Source: Eledone cirrhosa | Lineage: Eukaryota | Assembly (NCBI GenBank): GCA_964016885.1 | Contig: OZ024741.1 | Span: 154,008,001 to 154,072,000 of the forward strand | Length of the DNA: 64,000 nucleotides | Direction of reading: 5' to 3' | Shown: positions 1 to 15,924 of the stretch, one piece after another | Numbering within the stretch: position 1 is the first letter of the stretch | Layout of the letters: every line of letters starts with the position of its first letter | The notes under the pieces: generated by a model | What the model was told of the DNA's origin: nothing | The model's input: the letters and a program-made list of their open reading frames with translations, nothing else | The model's database searches: none | Program-made: the position numbers and the translations under genes

Positions 1-3638
<3,638 letters not shown>

Positions 3639-5932
3639 CAAGCATGTTCTACAACACGATGACCAAAAACGTGAGGTGTTCAGGATTGCTAGGCAATGCG
3701 TCAAGGAAAACCGTGATATTGTCGGGGAGAAGTGTGTACTTAACGATGATGGCATACTTGCCATCACCGACACTGATAAGAAGGTAGCTTGGAAGTGTCA
3801 CTATGAAAGGCTACTAAATGAGGAGAATAAATGGGAGAAAGACAGTCTCCCCCATATCGACCCAATAGAGGGACCAGCAGTGTTAGTCGAGGGGAGTATA
3901 ATAAGTAAGGCAATCAAGGATATGAAGACGGGTAAGGCGGCTGGGCCTTCGGAAATAGTTGCTGAGATGCTGAAGGCATCTGGCACGGTGGGACACACCA
4001 TGGTCACTCGCATAGTTAACCAAGTCGTACAGAATGGGGTTGTTCCGAAGGACTGGCATAGCAGCATCATCGTTAACTGTTATAAGGGTAAAGGAGACGC
4101 CCTAGATAGGAGTAACTATAGAGGCATTAAATTAATCGACCAGGTCATGAAGGTCACGGAAAAAGTAATAGCGCAACTAATCAGAGAGAGAATTGACCTA
4201 GATGAAATGCAGTTCGGGTTTGTGTCAGGCAAAAGTACCACAGACGCTCTTTTCATAGTACGACAACTACAGGAGAAGTTCCTAGCTAAAGGTAAACCCC
4301 TCTACTTAGCTTTTGTCGACTTGGAGAAAGCCTTCGACAGAGTCCCCCGCTCCATTATCTGGTGGGCTCTTAGAAAACTAGGCGTTGACGAATGGCTTGT
4401 GAGGGCTATACAAGCCATGTATAAAGAAACAGTCAGCAAGGTTAGAATTAACAACGAATATAGTGAAGAGTTTAGCGTAAAAGTTAGCGTCCATCAGGGC
4501 TCTGTTCTCAGCCCCCTACTATGTATTATTGCCCTTCAGGCTATAACAGAGGAGTTCAAGACAGGCTGCCCATGGGAACTCCTATACGCAGACGACCTGA
4601 CACTCATAGCGGAATCAATGGCCGAGCTAGAGAAGAAATTCCAAACATGGAAGCACGGCCTAGAATCAAAAGGACTTAAAATTAACCTGGCTAAGACCAA
4701 AGTTCTAGTTTGTAGGAAAGAAAACAAGGCGGCGGTCCCTTCTGGGAAATGGTCGTGCTCGGTGTGTAGGAAAGGCGTAGGTAGAAACTCCATTTTATGT
4801 CCTAAATGCAAAGTATGGGTGCATAAAAGATGTAGTGGGATCACAGGTAAGCTAACTAAGAACATAGATTTTACATGTGGCCGGTGTTCTGGTGCAATAA
4901 GTAGCAGCAAGTGCCCACAAAATACTAGCTCTTTCAATTGCGCAGAGGGTTCTATAGAAATAGTGGACAGCTTCCGTTACCTGGGCGATAAAATCAGCAG
5001 TGGGGGAGGGTGCTCTGAAAGTACTGTAGCTAGAGTCAGAACTGGTTGGAAAAAGTTCAGAGAGCTTATACCACTATTAGCTGCTAAAGGGTTCTCCCTA
5101 AAAATGAAAGGCAGGTTGTACGATGCCTGCATACGAACAGCAATGTTGCATGGCAGTGAGACCTGGGCATTGTGTGCAGAGGATATGCGCAGACTAGAGA
5201 GGAACGAAGCTTGCATGCTCCGCTGGATGTGTAACAGTAATATACGTGAACGGCAAAGCATAAACGAACTAAGGAAAAAATTAGAGATAAGAGGGATCAG
5301 ATGTTGTTTACTCGAGAGAAGGCTACGTTGGTACGGACACGTGATGCGCATGAAAGTCGATAGCTGTATAACAAAGTGCAGGGCAATAAAGATAGACGGT
5401 AGTCACGGAATAGGCAGACCTAGAAAAACCTGGGACGAGCTGATAAACTCCGACATCACACACTTACACCTCTCCAAGACAATGTCACTGGACCGAGACC
5501 TTTGGCGGTACTCAGTAACAGAGAAGACCCGCCTTACCTAAATATATAGTAAAACCTACTCCAGCCAGTAGGCATCTCTAACAAAATACACCCCGTCCCC
5601 CCACCCCCACCCCACCCCATCCACACCACCCCATTCTATGTAAAGTTATGTTGGTGCCGCGCCATCCAGGCCGAAACAAATGAGATCGTGTAGGTGTCAC
5701 GACAAAAAAACACACAGTCCACGCTGTAATGTGGCCGTGTAGGCAACACGGTAAAAACCTCCCAGACCCACACTGTAAATGTGGTTGGTGTTAGGAAGGG
5801 CATCCAACTGTAGAAAACCTGCCAGACAGTCCTATGCGAGCAAGACAATCACTCTTGCCTCAAGTGGGACTACCCCCGTCCAAACCCATGCAAGCGTGGA
5901 AAACGGACGTTAAACGTTGATGATGATGATGA
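3639..5932 (+). mobile_element. 5'-truncated RTE-clade LINE, family 1; open RT frame to stop at 5541, ~390-bp 3' UTR, (GAT)n tail
   Basis: Uninterrupted frame with [34 protein letters not shown], a C4HC3 finger and GRPRKTW. Confidence 0.95.
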
Positions 5933-5962
5933 TATGTATATATATATATATATGTGTATATA

Positions 5963-5993
<31 letters not shown>

Positions 5994-6190
5994 GTGTGTA
6001 TATATATATATATATGTGTATATATATATGTATGTATATGTATGTATGTATATATATATGTATGTATGTATATATATGTATATATGTATGTATGTATATA
6101 TATATGTATGTGTATATACATACATACATACATACATATATATACATATATATACATACATATATATATACATACATACATATACATACA

Positions 6191-6222
<32 letters not shown>

Positions 6223-6418
6223 CATATATATACATACATACATATATATACATACATACATATATATACATACATACATATATATACATACATACATATA
6301 TATACACATATATATATATATATACACATATATATATACACATATATATATATACACACATATATATATATATATACACACATATATATATACACATATA
6401 TATATATATACATACATA

Positions 6419-6459
<41 letters not shown>

Positions 6460-6638
6460 ATACATACATATATATATATATATATATACATACATATATA
6501 TATATATACATACATATATATATATACATACATATATATATATACATACATATATATATATACATACATATATATATATACATACATATATATATATACA
6601 TACATATATATATACATACATATATATATACATACATA

Positions 6639-6673
<35 letters not shown>

Positions 6674-6973
6674 GTATGTATGTATATATATATGTATGTA
6701 TATATATATGTATGTATATATATATGTATGTATATATATATATGTATGTATATATATATGTATGTATATATATATATGTATGTATATATATATATGTATG
6801 TATATATATATGTATGTATATATATATGTATGTATATATATATGTATGTATGTATATATATATATATATGTATATGTATGTATGTATATATATATATGTA
6901 TGTATATGTATGTATATATATATATATGTATGTATATATATATATGTATGTATATATATATATGTATGTATAT

Positions 6974-7014
<41 letters not shown>

Positions 7015-7026
7015 TATGTATGTATG

Positions 7027-7066
<40 letters not shown>

Positions 7067-7746
7067 TGTATGTATGTATATATATATATGTATGTATGTA
7101 TATATATATATATGTATGTATATATATATATATGTATGTATATATATATATATGTATGTATGTATATATATATATATGTATGTATATATATATATGTATG
7201 TATATATGTATGTGTATATATATATATATATATATGTATGTATATATATATATGTATGTATATATGTATGTATATATGTATATATGTATGTATATATGTA
7301 TATATGTATGTATATATGTATATATGTATGTATATATATATGTATGTATGTATATATATATATGTATGTATGTATATATATATATGTATGTATGTATATA
7401 TATATATGTATGTATGTATATATATATATGTGTATGTGTATATGTATATATATATATGTGTATGTGTATATGTATATATATATATATATATGTGTATATG
7501 TATATATATATATGTGTATATGTATATATATATATATGTGTATATGTATATATATATATGTGTATATGTATATATATATATATGTGTATATGTATATATA
7601 TATATGTGTATATGTATATATATATATATATGTGTATATGTATATATATATATATGTGTATATGTATATATATATATATATATGTATATTTATGTATATA
7701 TATATATATGTATATATATGTATATATATATGTATATATATATATG

Positions 7747-7793
<47 letters not shown>

Positions 7794-7794
7794 G

Positions 7795-7881
<87 letters not shown>

Positions 7882-7976
7882 GTATATATATATGTATATA
7901 TATATATATGTGTATATATATATATATGTATATATATATGTGTATATATATATATATGTGTATATATATATATGTG

Positions 7977-8007
<31 letters not shown>

Positions 8008-8212
8008 GTGTATATATATATATGTGTATATATATGTGTGTATATGTATACGTATATATATATGTGTATATATATATATGTGTATATGTATATATGTATG
8101 TATATATGTATATGTATATATATATGTATATGTATATATATATATGTGTGTATGTATATATATGTATATGTATAAATATGTATATATATATATGTGGCAC
8201 ATATATATATAT
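5933..8212. repeat. Compound (TA)n/(TATG)n/(TACA)n microsatellite with internal strand switches
   Basis: TATG-type to ~6115, TACA-type ~6116-6670, TATG-type afterwards. Confidence 0.95.
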
Positions 8213-8486
8213 GGAGGCACATGGCTTAGTGGTTAGAGCATTGGCCTTGCAATCGAAAGGTTGTGATTTCAATTCTCAGACCGGGTGATGTGTTGTTTCC
8301 TTGAGCAAGACACTTTATTTCACATTGCTCCAGTTTACTCAGCTGTAGAAATGAGATGATAGGGACTGTAAATGAGGTTGGCGTTAGGAAGGGCATCCAG
8401 CTGTAGAAATCAAGCCAGAATCAGTTCCCGTCCCACCCTTGCAAGCAGGGAAAAAGCGGACGTAAAATGAAATGATGATGATGATG
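8213..8486 (+). mobile_element. tRNA-derived SINE with RTE-type 3' end (internally deleted copy)
   Basis: A box TGGCTTAGTGG, B-box-like TTTCAATTCT, core CCTTGAGCAAGACACTTT; tail CCCTTGCAAGCAGGGAAAAAGCGGACGTAAAATG(ATG)n matches the family-2 LINE end. Confidence 0.9.
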
Positions 8487-8596
8487 TATATATATATGAT
8501 GTATATATATATATATGATGTATATATGTATATATGTATATATATATGTATATATATATAAATATATATGTATATATATATATATGTATATATATG

Positions 8597-8991
8597 TAGG
8601 AGGTGAGTTTTATTGTAGTACAATAAAGCAATGCAGATATCGGATAAGAAGCACTCTACAGTTTGTGGGACTGGAGTATGCATAATATAAGATCAAAAGA
8701 TGGTTAAAGGAGTTCCATATATTTTATTATGCGCATTTCAAAAACAAACATCATCAAGCAATAATATTTGTGTTTTCATCAGATAAAACAGGAGAACATG
8801 ATATGAAGGCTAAAAAAAACACTTGTTGATAGTGCAGTTTTAAATCAACATATTTTTTTTAGCCTTCATATCATGTTCTCCTGTTTTATCTGATGAAAAC
8901 ACAAATATTATTGCTTGATGATGTTTGTTTTTGAAATGCGCATAATAAAATATATGGAACTCCTTTAACCATCTTTTGATCTTATATTATG
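8597..8991 (-). mobile_element. Fold-back Penelope-like pLTR element (arms 8681-8819 and 8853-8991)
   Basis: ~139-bp inverted repeat flanked by TA tracts, with a hammerhead motif in each arm. Confidence 0.75.
8884..8950 (+). ncRNA. Type I hammerhead ribozyme motif (mirror copy at 8722-8788, minus)
   Basis: TTTTAT-CTGATGA-stem II hairpin-GAAA-TGCGCA-TA-ATAAAA; stem I TTTTAT/ATAAAA; palindromic stem III ATGCGCAT. Confidence 0.85.
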
Positions 8992-9031
<40 letters not shown>

Positions 9032-9179
9032 TGTATATATATAGAAATATGTATATATATTTATGTATATATATATGTATATATATATACACATATATAT
9101 ATATACATATATGTACATATGTATATATATGTATATATATATACATATATATATACATATATGTATATATATGTATACA

Positions 9180-9783
9180 TGTAATAGTAATATACGTGAA
9201 CGGCAAAGCATAAATGAACTAAGTGAGAAATTAGGAATAAGAGGGATCATATGCTGTTTACTTGAGAGAAGACTATGTTGGCATGGTCATGTGATGCGCA
9301 TGAAAGACGACAGCACGGCGATCAAAATTGATGGAAGTTACAGAGTAGGTAGACCTAGAAATCCTGGGACAATTTGATAAATTCTTACACATTTGCACCT
9401 CTCTTAAGACAATGTCACTGGAGATCTTTTGCGCTACGCAGTAATACAGAATACCCTTGCCTATGTACAAAGCGAAACCTACAGTCAGTAGGCACCTCTT
9501 AACCAAATATATACCCCAATCCACTACCGCTACTCTATCCAACACCATCCTCCCACCAACACCACCCTCTGTAAAGTCGGTACCACAACATCTGTAATGT
9601 GGCCATGTAGGTAACACTGTAAATGTGGTTGGTGTTAGGAAGGGCATCCAGCCGTAGAAAACCTGCCAGATAGTCCTATATGAGCGAGACACGGGCACCC
9701 GACAAAGCTTGCCTCAAGTGGGACAACTCCCGTCTAACCCATGCTAGCGTGGAAGATGGACATTAAACGATGATGATGATGAC
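9180..9783 (+). mobile_element. Short, degenerate family-1 RTE LINE 3' fragment
   Basis: [14 protein letters not shown]...GHVMRM followed by the family-1 3' UTR and (GAT)n. Confidence 0.9.
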
Positions 9784-9948
9784 ATGTACATGTGCCCCCA
9801 TATATATATATGTATATATATAGATATATATATGTATATGTTTATGTATATGTGTATATGTTTATGTATATGTGTATATATATATATATATATACATGTG
9901 TATACATATATATGTGTATATATATATATATATGTATATATATATAAA

Positions 9949-10279
9949 ATCATCATCATCATTTTACGTCCGCTTTTCCCTGCTTGCAAGGGTGGGATGG
10001 GAACTGATTCTGGCTTGATTTCTACAGCTGGATGCCTAACACCAACCTCATTTACAGTGAGTGCTGGGTGCTTTTTTGCCGTGGCACCTCCACAACCACT
10101 TTGCAGTGGAATGATATGGACCCCAGTCCCTATCATTTCATTTCTACAGCTGAGTGAACTGGAGCAATGTGAAATAAAGTGTGTTGCTCAAGGAAACAAT
10201 ACATCACCCGGCCTGAGAATTGAACTCACAACCTTTCGATTGCAAGGCCAATGCTCTAACCACTAAGCCATGTGCCTCC
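9949..10279 (-). mobile_element. tRNA-derived SINE (same family as 8213 and 12282)
   Basis: Reverse complement of 12282-12625. Confidence 0.9.
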
Positions 10280-10303
10280 ATTATATATATATGTATATAT
10301 ATA

Positions 10304-10444
10304 CACAGTCCACGCTGTAATGTGGCCGTGTAGGTAACACGGTAAAAACCTCCCAACCATTCTTGCCTCAAGTGGGAAAATTCCCATCCAAACCCATGCT
10401 AGTGTGGAAGATGGATGTTAAACGATGATGATGATGATGATGAT
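10304..10444 (+). mobile_element. Family-1 RTE 3'-terminal fragment
   Basis: Matches ~5712-5932 with an internal deletion. Confidence 0.85.
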
Positions 10445-12272
10445 GCCGGTGTACTTAGTGTCACGAATGATCAAAAGAAGGAGGCCTGGAAATGTCATTA
10501 TGAGAGACTGATGAATGTAGAGAACGAATGGGACAGAGAGGAATTACCCCCAGTAGACCCAACAGAGGGACCAGCTATTGAGATTGACGAATATAGGGTA
10601 CAAGAGGCAATTAAGGAAATGAAGAATGGTAAGGCTGCTGGGCCGTCGGGGATAGTTACTGAGATGCTGAAGGCTTCAGAAGTAGGCACTAAACTGGTTG
10701 CACACATCATTAATCAAGCTATATATGGTGGTGTCATACCCAAAGACTGGTGCAACAGTATTCTCATAAATTGTTACAAAGGTAAAGGGGATGCTCTAGA
10801 GAGGAGCAATTATAGGGGCATAAAGCTGATGGATCAGCTTATGAAAGTGGCAGGGAGAATATTAGCGTAATTGATTAGAGAAAGGGTCAATTTAGATGAG
10901 ATGCAGTTTGGTTTTGTGCTTCGGAAAAGTACAACAGATGCCCTCTTCATAGTGAGGCAACTACAAGAGAGGTTCTTGGAGAAGAATAAGCCACTATACT
11001 TAGCTTTTGTTGACCTAGAGAAGGCCTTTGATAGGGTACCCTGATCTGTCATCTGGTCGTCCCTAAGGCAACTAGGAGTAGAGGAATGGCTTGTGAGGAT
11101 AGTGCAAGATATGTACAGGAGTGCTGTCAGTAAAGTGAGAATAGGAATGGAGTTTAGTGAGGAATTCCAGATACAAGTAGGTGTACATCAAGGTTCTGTC
11201 CTTAGCCCACTCTTGTTCATTATAGTCCTCCAAGCCATAACGGAGGAGTTTAAGACTGGATGCCCATGGGAACTTCTCTATGCTGATGATCTGGTTCTTA
11301 TAGCAGAATCAGTAGAGGAGCTAGAGAATAAATTCTGGCTATGGAAACAGTAGTTGGAATCAAGAGGCCTGAGAGTGAATATAGCTAAAACAAAGGCGTT
11401 GATAAGTAGAAGAGAGGACGATACTCTGATTCCATTAGGGAAATGGCCATGTTTGATATGTAGGAAGGGAACTGGCATAAATTCCATAAAATGTACGCAA
11501 TGCAGATCTTGGGTACACAAGAGATGTAGTGGGATAGTAGGCAAACTAACAGGTAGGGAAAACTATGTATGCAGTGATGTACAGGGAAAGTTGGTAGTAG
11601 TAATCGCAGTGATAGACTCATTTTTCCAATGCAGGTGGGTTCTATAGAAGTGGTTGATAGCTTCCGGTACCTAGGTGATCAGATTAGCATGGGAGGGAGG
11701 GGGGGTTTCCGAGGCCATAGTATCTAGAATAAGGACGGGTTGGAAGAAGTTTAGGGAGCTGCTCCCTCTGTTGACAAAGAAGGGTTTTTCCCTGTGTACG
11801 TTAGGACGGTTATATGATGCCTGTGTGAGATGCGTGATGCTGCATGGTAGTGGGACATGGGCAGCAACTGCAGAAGATATGCAACGACTGGAGAGAAATG
11901 AAACAAGTATGCTCCGTTGGATGTGCAATGTCAATGTGCGTGAACGACCAAGCATAGACGAGGTGAGAAAGAAACTGGGTATAAGAGGGATAAGTTGTGG
12001 TGTGCAGGAGAGAAGGCTGAGATGGTATGGACATGTGATGCGCATGGAGGATGACTGCTGGGTGAAGAAGTGCCAGGAAGTCCCAGTGGAGGGAAGACGC
12101 AGTAGAGGTAAACCATGAAAAACATGGGCGGAGGTGTTGAGAGCAGACCTCAGATCGCTGAAACTCACGGAGGAGATGACGGGTGGAGAGATGCTGTGCT
12201 GAATAGGACCCATCCAACCCTTGCAAGCAGGGAAAAGCGGATGTAAAATGATGATGATCATCATCATGATGA
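10445..12272 (+). mobile_element. 5'-truncated RTE LINE, family 2 (disrupted RT)
   Basis: ORF pieces 10415-10870, 11093-11353, 11354-11647 and 11675-12118 carry RT motifs with in-frame stops; (ATG)n tail. Confidence 0.93.
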
Positions 12273-12281
12273 TACATATAT

Positions 12282-12624
12282 GGAGGCACATGGCTTAGTG
12301 GTTAGAGCATTGGCATTGCAATCGAAAGGTTGTGAATTCAATTATCAGACCGGGTGATGTGTTGTTTCCTTGAGCAAGACACTTTATTTCTCATTGCTCC
12401 AGTTTACTCAGCTGTAGAAATGAGATGATAGGGACTGGGGTCCATATCATTCCACTGCAAAGTGGTCGTGGAGGTGCCACGGCAAAAAAGCACCCAGCAC
12501 TCACTGTAAATGAGGTTGGTGTTAGGAAGGGCATCCAGCTGTAGAAATCAAGCCAGAATCAGTTCCCGTCCCACCCTTGCAAGCAGGGAAAAAGCGGACG
12601 TAAAATGAAATGAAATGAAAATGA

Positions 12625-12625
<1 letters not shown>
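12282..12625 (+). mobile_element. Full-length tRNA-derived SINE
   Basis: A/B boxes, core and RTE-type tail. Confidence 0.9.
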
Positions 12626-12673
<48 letters not shown>

Positions 12674-12813
12674 GTATCTATATATATGTATACATATACA
12701 TATAGAGAGCTTCTTATACCAAATCCCTGAAGGGTAGATCACAATAAAGTATTTGAAAGAACACTTCACAAGCATCATTCTCTAGCGATATATTCACAAA
12801 CAAGGAAGGCTGA

Positions 12814-12930
12814 CCAAAAATCCCTGACTGTAATTTGATTGCAGTTTCTGAATTGAAGAATAAATCTGGTCATTTCAATATCTTGATATGGCCATCATTA
12901 CCAGACCAATTCTTCATCAGAGGGTTTCGG
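12814..12930 (-). ncRNA. Type I hammerhead ribozyme motif with long stem II
   Basis: Minus strand reads CCGAAACCCT-CTGATGA-AGAATT...AATTCA-GAAA-CTGCAATCAAATTACAG-TC-AGGGATTTTTGG; GUC cleavage triplet. Confidence 0.8.
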
Positions 12931-14442
12931 TAAGGTATAAGAATAAATATAGATACCTGTTGAGGGAAAGTTTGTCATCTCTCATCGATCCAGAATGGTG
13001 TAATATAGCCAATGTGTTTGACGATTTTCATGGTCTAAAAATCTATTAAGTAACAGCTTACATTAAGCTAACATTGTTTCAAAATAAAATCATGTAATTT
13101 ATAATATAAACTAAAAGGACAAGAGAGTATAAATGAAAAGATTGAGCAGCTAACTTGCTGGAAATAGCAATATATTTAACCCCTCAATATCACCAAATGG
13201 ATAACTCCAGTACCAATAGCTCATCAATTTATCCAATCGGACCTAAGTTAAAAGCTAATAACACTTCACCCATCCCATTTATATGCAGAAACCACTATAT
13301 GTACATATTCCCATTATTGTTGACTTAAATCTAAGTGTACACATTAAGTCTGTGAAAATAGAAATTACAAAATAAATGTGAGAATAAAATACACAAGCCC
13401 TACCACTTACTTTCCTAGAAAGGCAGATGCAGCAAGTGTCAATGGATGATCTACATGGCAATGCCATTGCCATTTTGTTTGCAGGATGCAGCAGATATCT
13501 ACCACTTAGACTGGTGTGCAGAGTCTGCCCCCCCACCCCCTACTTTCATTATTTAATTTTCTTTTTCTTTTCTCTTTTATATTTATTTTTACATTTAATT
13601 TTATTTTTAACAAAGCTCTTACATTACATTAACTATTTTATATTTATTTTATGTCAGTAATGATATTGTTTTAACCCTTTAACATTTAAACTGGCCGTAT
13701 CTGGCTAGAATTCTCTCATCTCCTTCTGTTCAAACTGGCTGTAACTGGCCGCTCATATTGATGTTAAGGAATTGTTCTCAAAATAAATAATATCAAAATC
13801 TCATAGATTCGATATTATGTGAAATATTATCTATCTATATTATAAAGCTGACGGCCGTATGTATGTAACAAACTTTTCGCCAAACGGCTGGACCAAACAG
13901 CACCAAATTTGCACCATAAATGTAACTTTTTCCAAGTAAGAAAGTGATGGTATTTTTGTCTACTAAATTTAGTTAAAAGATTAAAGATATTTTATTGTTT
14001 ATTTAAATATTCACTTCTTTAAAATGTTCAAATGTCAACACTTCCGGTTAGCGATCTCTCTCTTTCTTAGTCTGTCTTTTTAGATAGCTATATAGCTATA
14101 ATGTCGCGCCCTTATAATATCTGTCTGTATGTCTGCATTACGAAAACCATTCTGTACATTTACTTCGCTATCTCTGTGTGTGTGTGTGTATGTGTATATA
14201 TATAGTGTGTATATATAAGCCGGGAAAAGCGGACATAAAATGATGAAAAAAAATAGTGTTAGTATCATAAAATAAGAGACAGTTTAATTTGTACATTTTA
14301 TTACAGCATTCCTTTATACACATATATACATACATAAACATGTTATTTACAGTTGTATAAAAAAGAAGTATAATTGTTTCTACTTTTGGCACAAGGCCAG
14401 CAAATATCTCAGTACATTACTGGTACTTTATTATATATAATA

Positions 14443-15342
14443 CTAGCAGTGGTACCCGGCGTTGCACAGGATAAAATATTTTGGAACGCGGGCCGCCAAC
14501 AGACCTAATCGTGGAAAAACTGCAAGCCTGGACAATATGTAAAGAAAATAAACCGAATACTCTGATGGCTGGATAATCTTTAAGATTTTCCTCGATGAAG
14601 CAGGAAAAATGCAGGTTTTCACCTAATGCGGGCTCTAGGGGATCAAGAAAATAATTTTTTTTAATGTGCATAATATGCCTTGAAATTTCGGGAAAAGCGG
14701 CTAGACGTAACGCCTCCTAAAAGCCCTAAAAAACTGAAAAAATGAAGTTTTTCACCTAATGCGGACCCTAGGCCATAAAAAAGTTGGATTTTCTTTGCTC
14801 ACGGTATGAAGAAGAGACTGACTAATGCATAGTCACAATTTCAAGGAAATCGGTCTGACGTAACGCCTCAAATAACCCCTAAAAACCTGAAAAAAATGCA
14901 GTTTTACAACTAATGCGGGCCCTAGGAGATAAAAAAAAATTGAAACATAAGTAATACACATGTAAAGTTTGAAAAGAATCGGTTGGGTATTTCTCGAGTT
15001 TTAGGGATTCAAACTCTCTCACACACACACAGTCAGACATCCTCAGGTAAGTGACGTAATGCAGCCAGCCAGACATACAGACAGATATTATAAGGGCGCG
15101 ACGTTATATGTATGTATCTATCTAAAAAGATAAAGACTAAGAATTATAGAGAGAGATCGCTAAATCGCCTAATGCGGTCCCTAGGGCATTGAAAATTTGA
15201 AATTGTTTTTGCTCAGAACACTCCCTGAAACATAAGTATTACATGTGTAAAGTTTGAAAACAGTCGGTTGGGTGCTTCTTTAGTTTTAGGGATTCAAACT
15301 CACACACACACAGACAGACATCCTCAGTTTTATACATATAGA
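14443..15342 (-). mobile_element. Non-autonomous Helitron B with ~4 internal CCTAATGCGG..CTAGG subrepeats
   Basis: Minus 5' TCTATATGTATAAAACTGAGGATGTCTGTC; 3' CCTGTGCAACGCCGGGTACCACTGCTAG|T. Confidence 0.75.
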
Positions 15343-15891
15343 CTAGCAGAAAACCACCCAGTGGGCGGTTTTCTGCTAGCAAATCTAGTGTATATACTGA
15401 TATTGTTGAGATTTGGATGAGAAATGTTTTCGGCACCACATGTTCACCGTCTCTCGGTGTGTCTTTTATGCATGTATAAATATATATGTTATCTATACGG
15501 TGAAATCTTTGAAATAAATATATGTTAAAACGAAAAAGGAGAAAAAGAGATTAGTGACGGAAATATAAACGTTATGATACATAAACGTTATGATATAACG
15601 ATGGAAATATATCTTCAAATGGTCCTTGGCATGGTGTCAAGTCAGAACCGCCTCGAACTGGTTACTTCTGGCTTGTGCAAGGTGTCTCTATAGCAACCAG
15701 CGATTCCCTCGGCCTCAGTGACCAAAGTCAGTGGAGAGGGGAAGGTAATGTTTCTATAGCGACAGTGTTTCTCTTGGTAGTACCAAAGTGGAGAAAGGAA
15801 GGGGAAGGTAATATTTCTGTAGCACCTACATTTGAGTTTTAGGGAAGGACAGACAGACAGACAGACAAACAGAGAAATGCCCATATATTTC

Positions 15892-15924
<33 letters not shown>

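Noticed and set aside
8213-8290. tRNA gene
   Set aside because: SINE head: continues into core and LINE tail, multi-copy, no clean cloverleaf
12957-13035. Minus-strand AG...GT exon candidate
   Set aside because: Stop codons in all three frames
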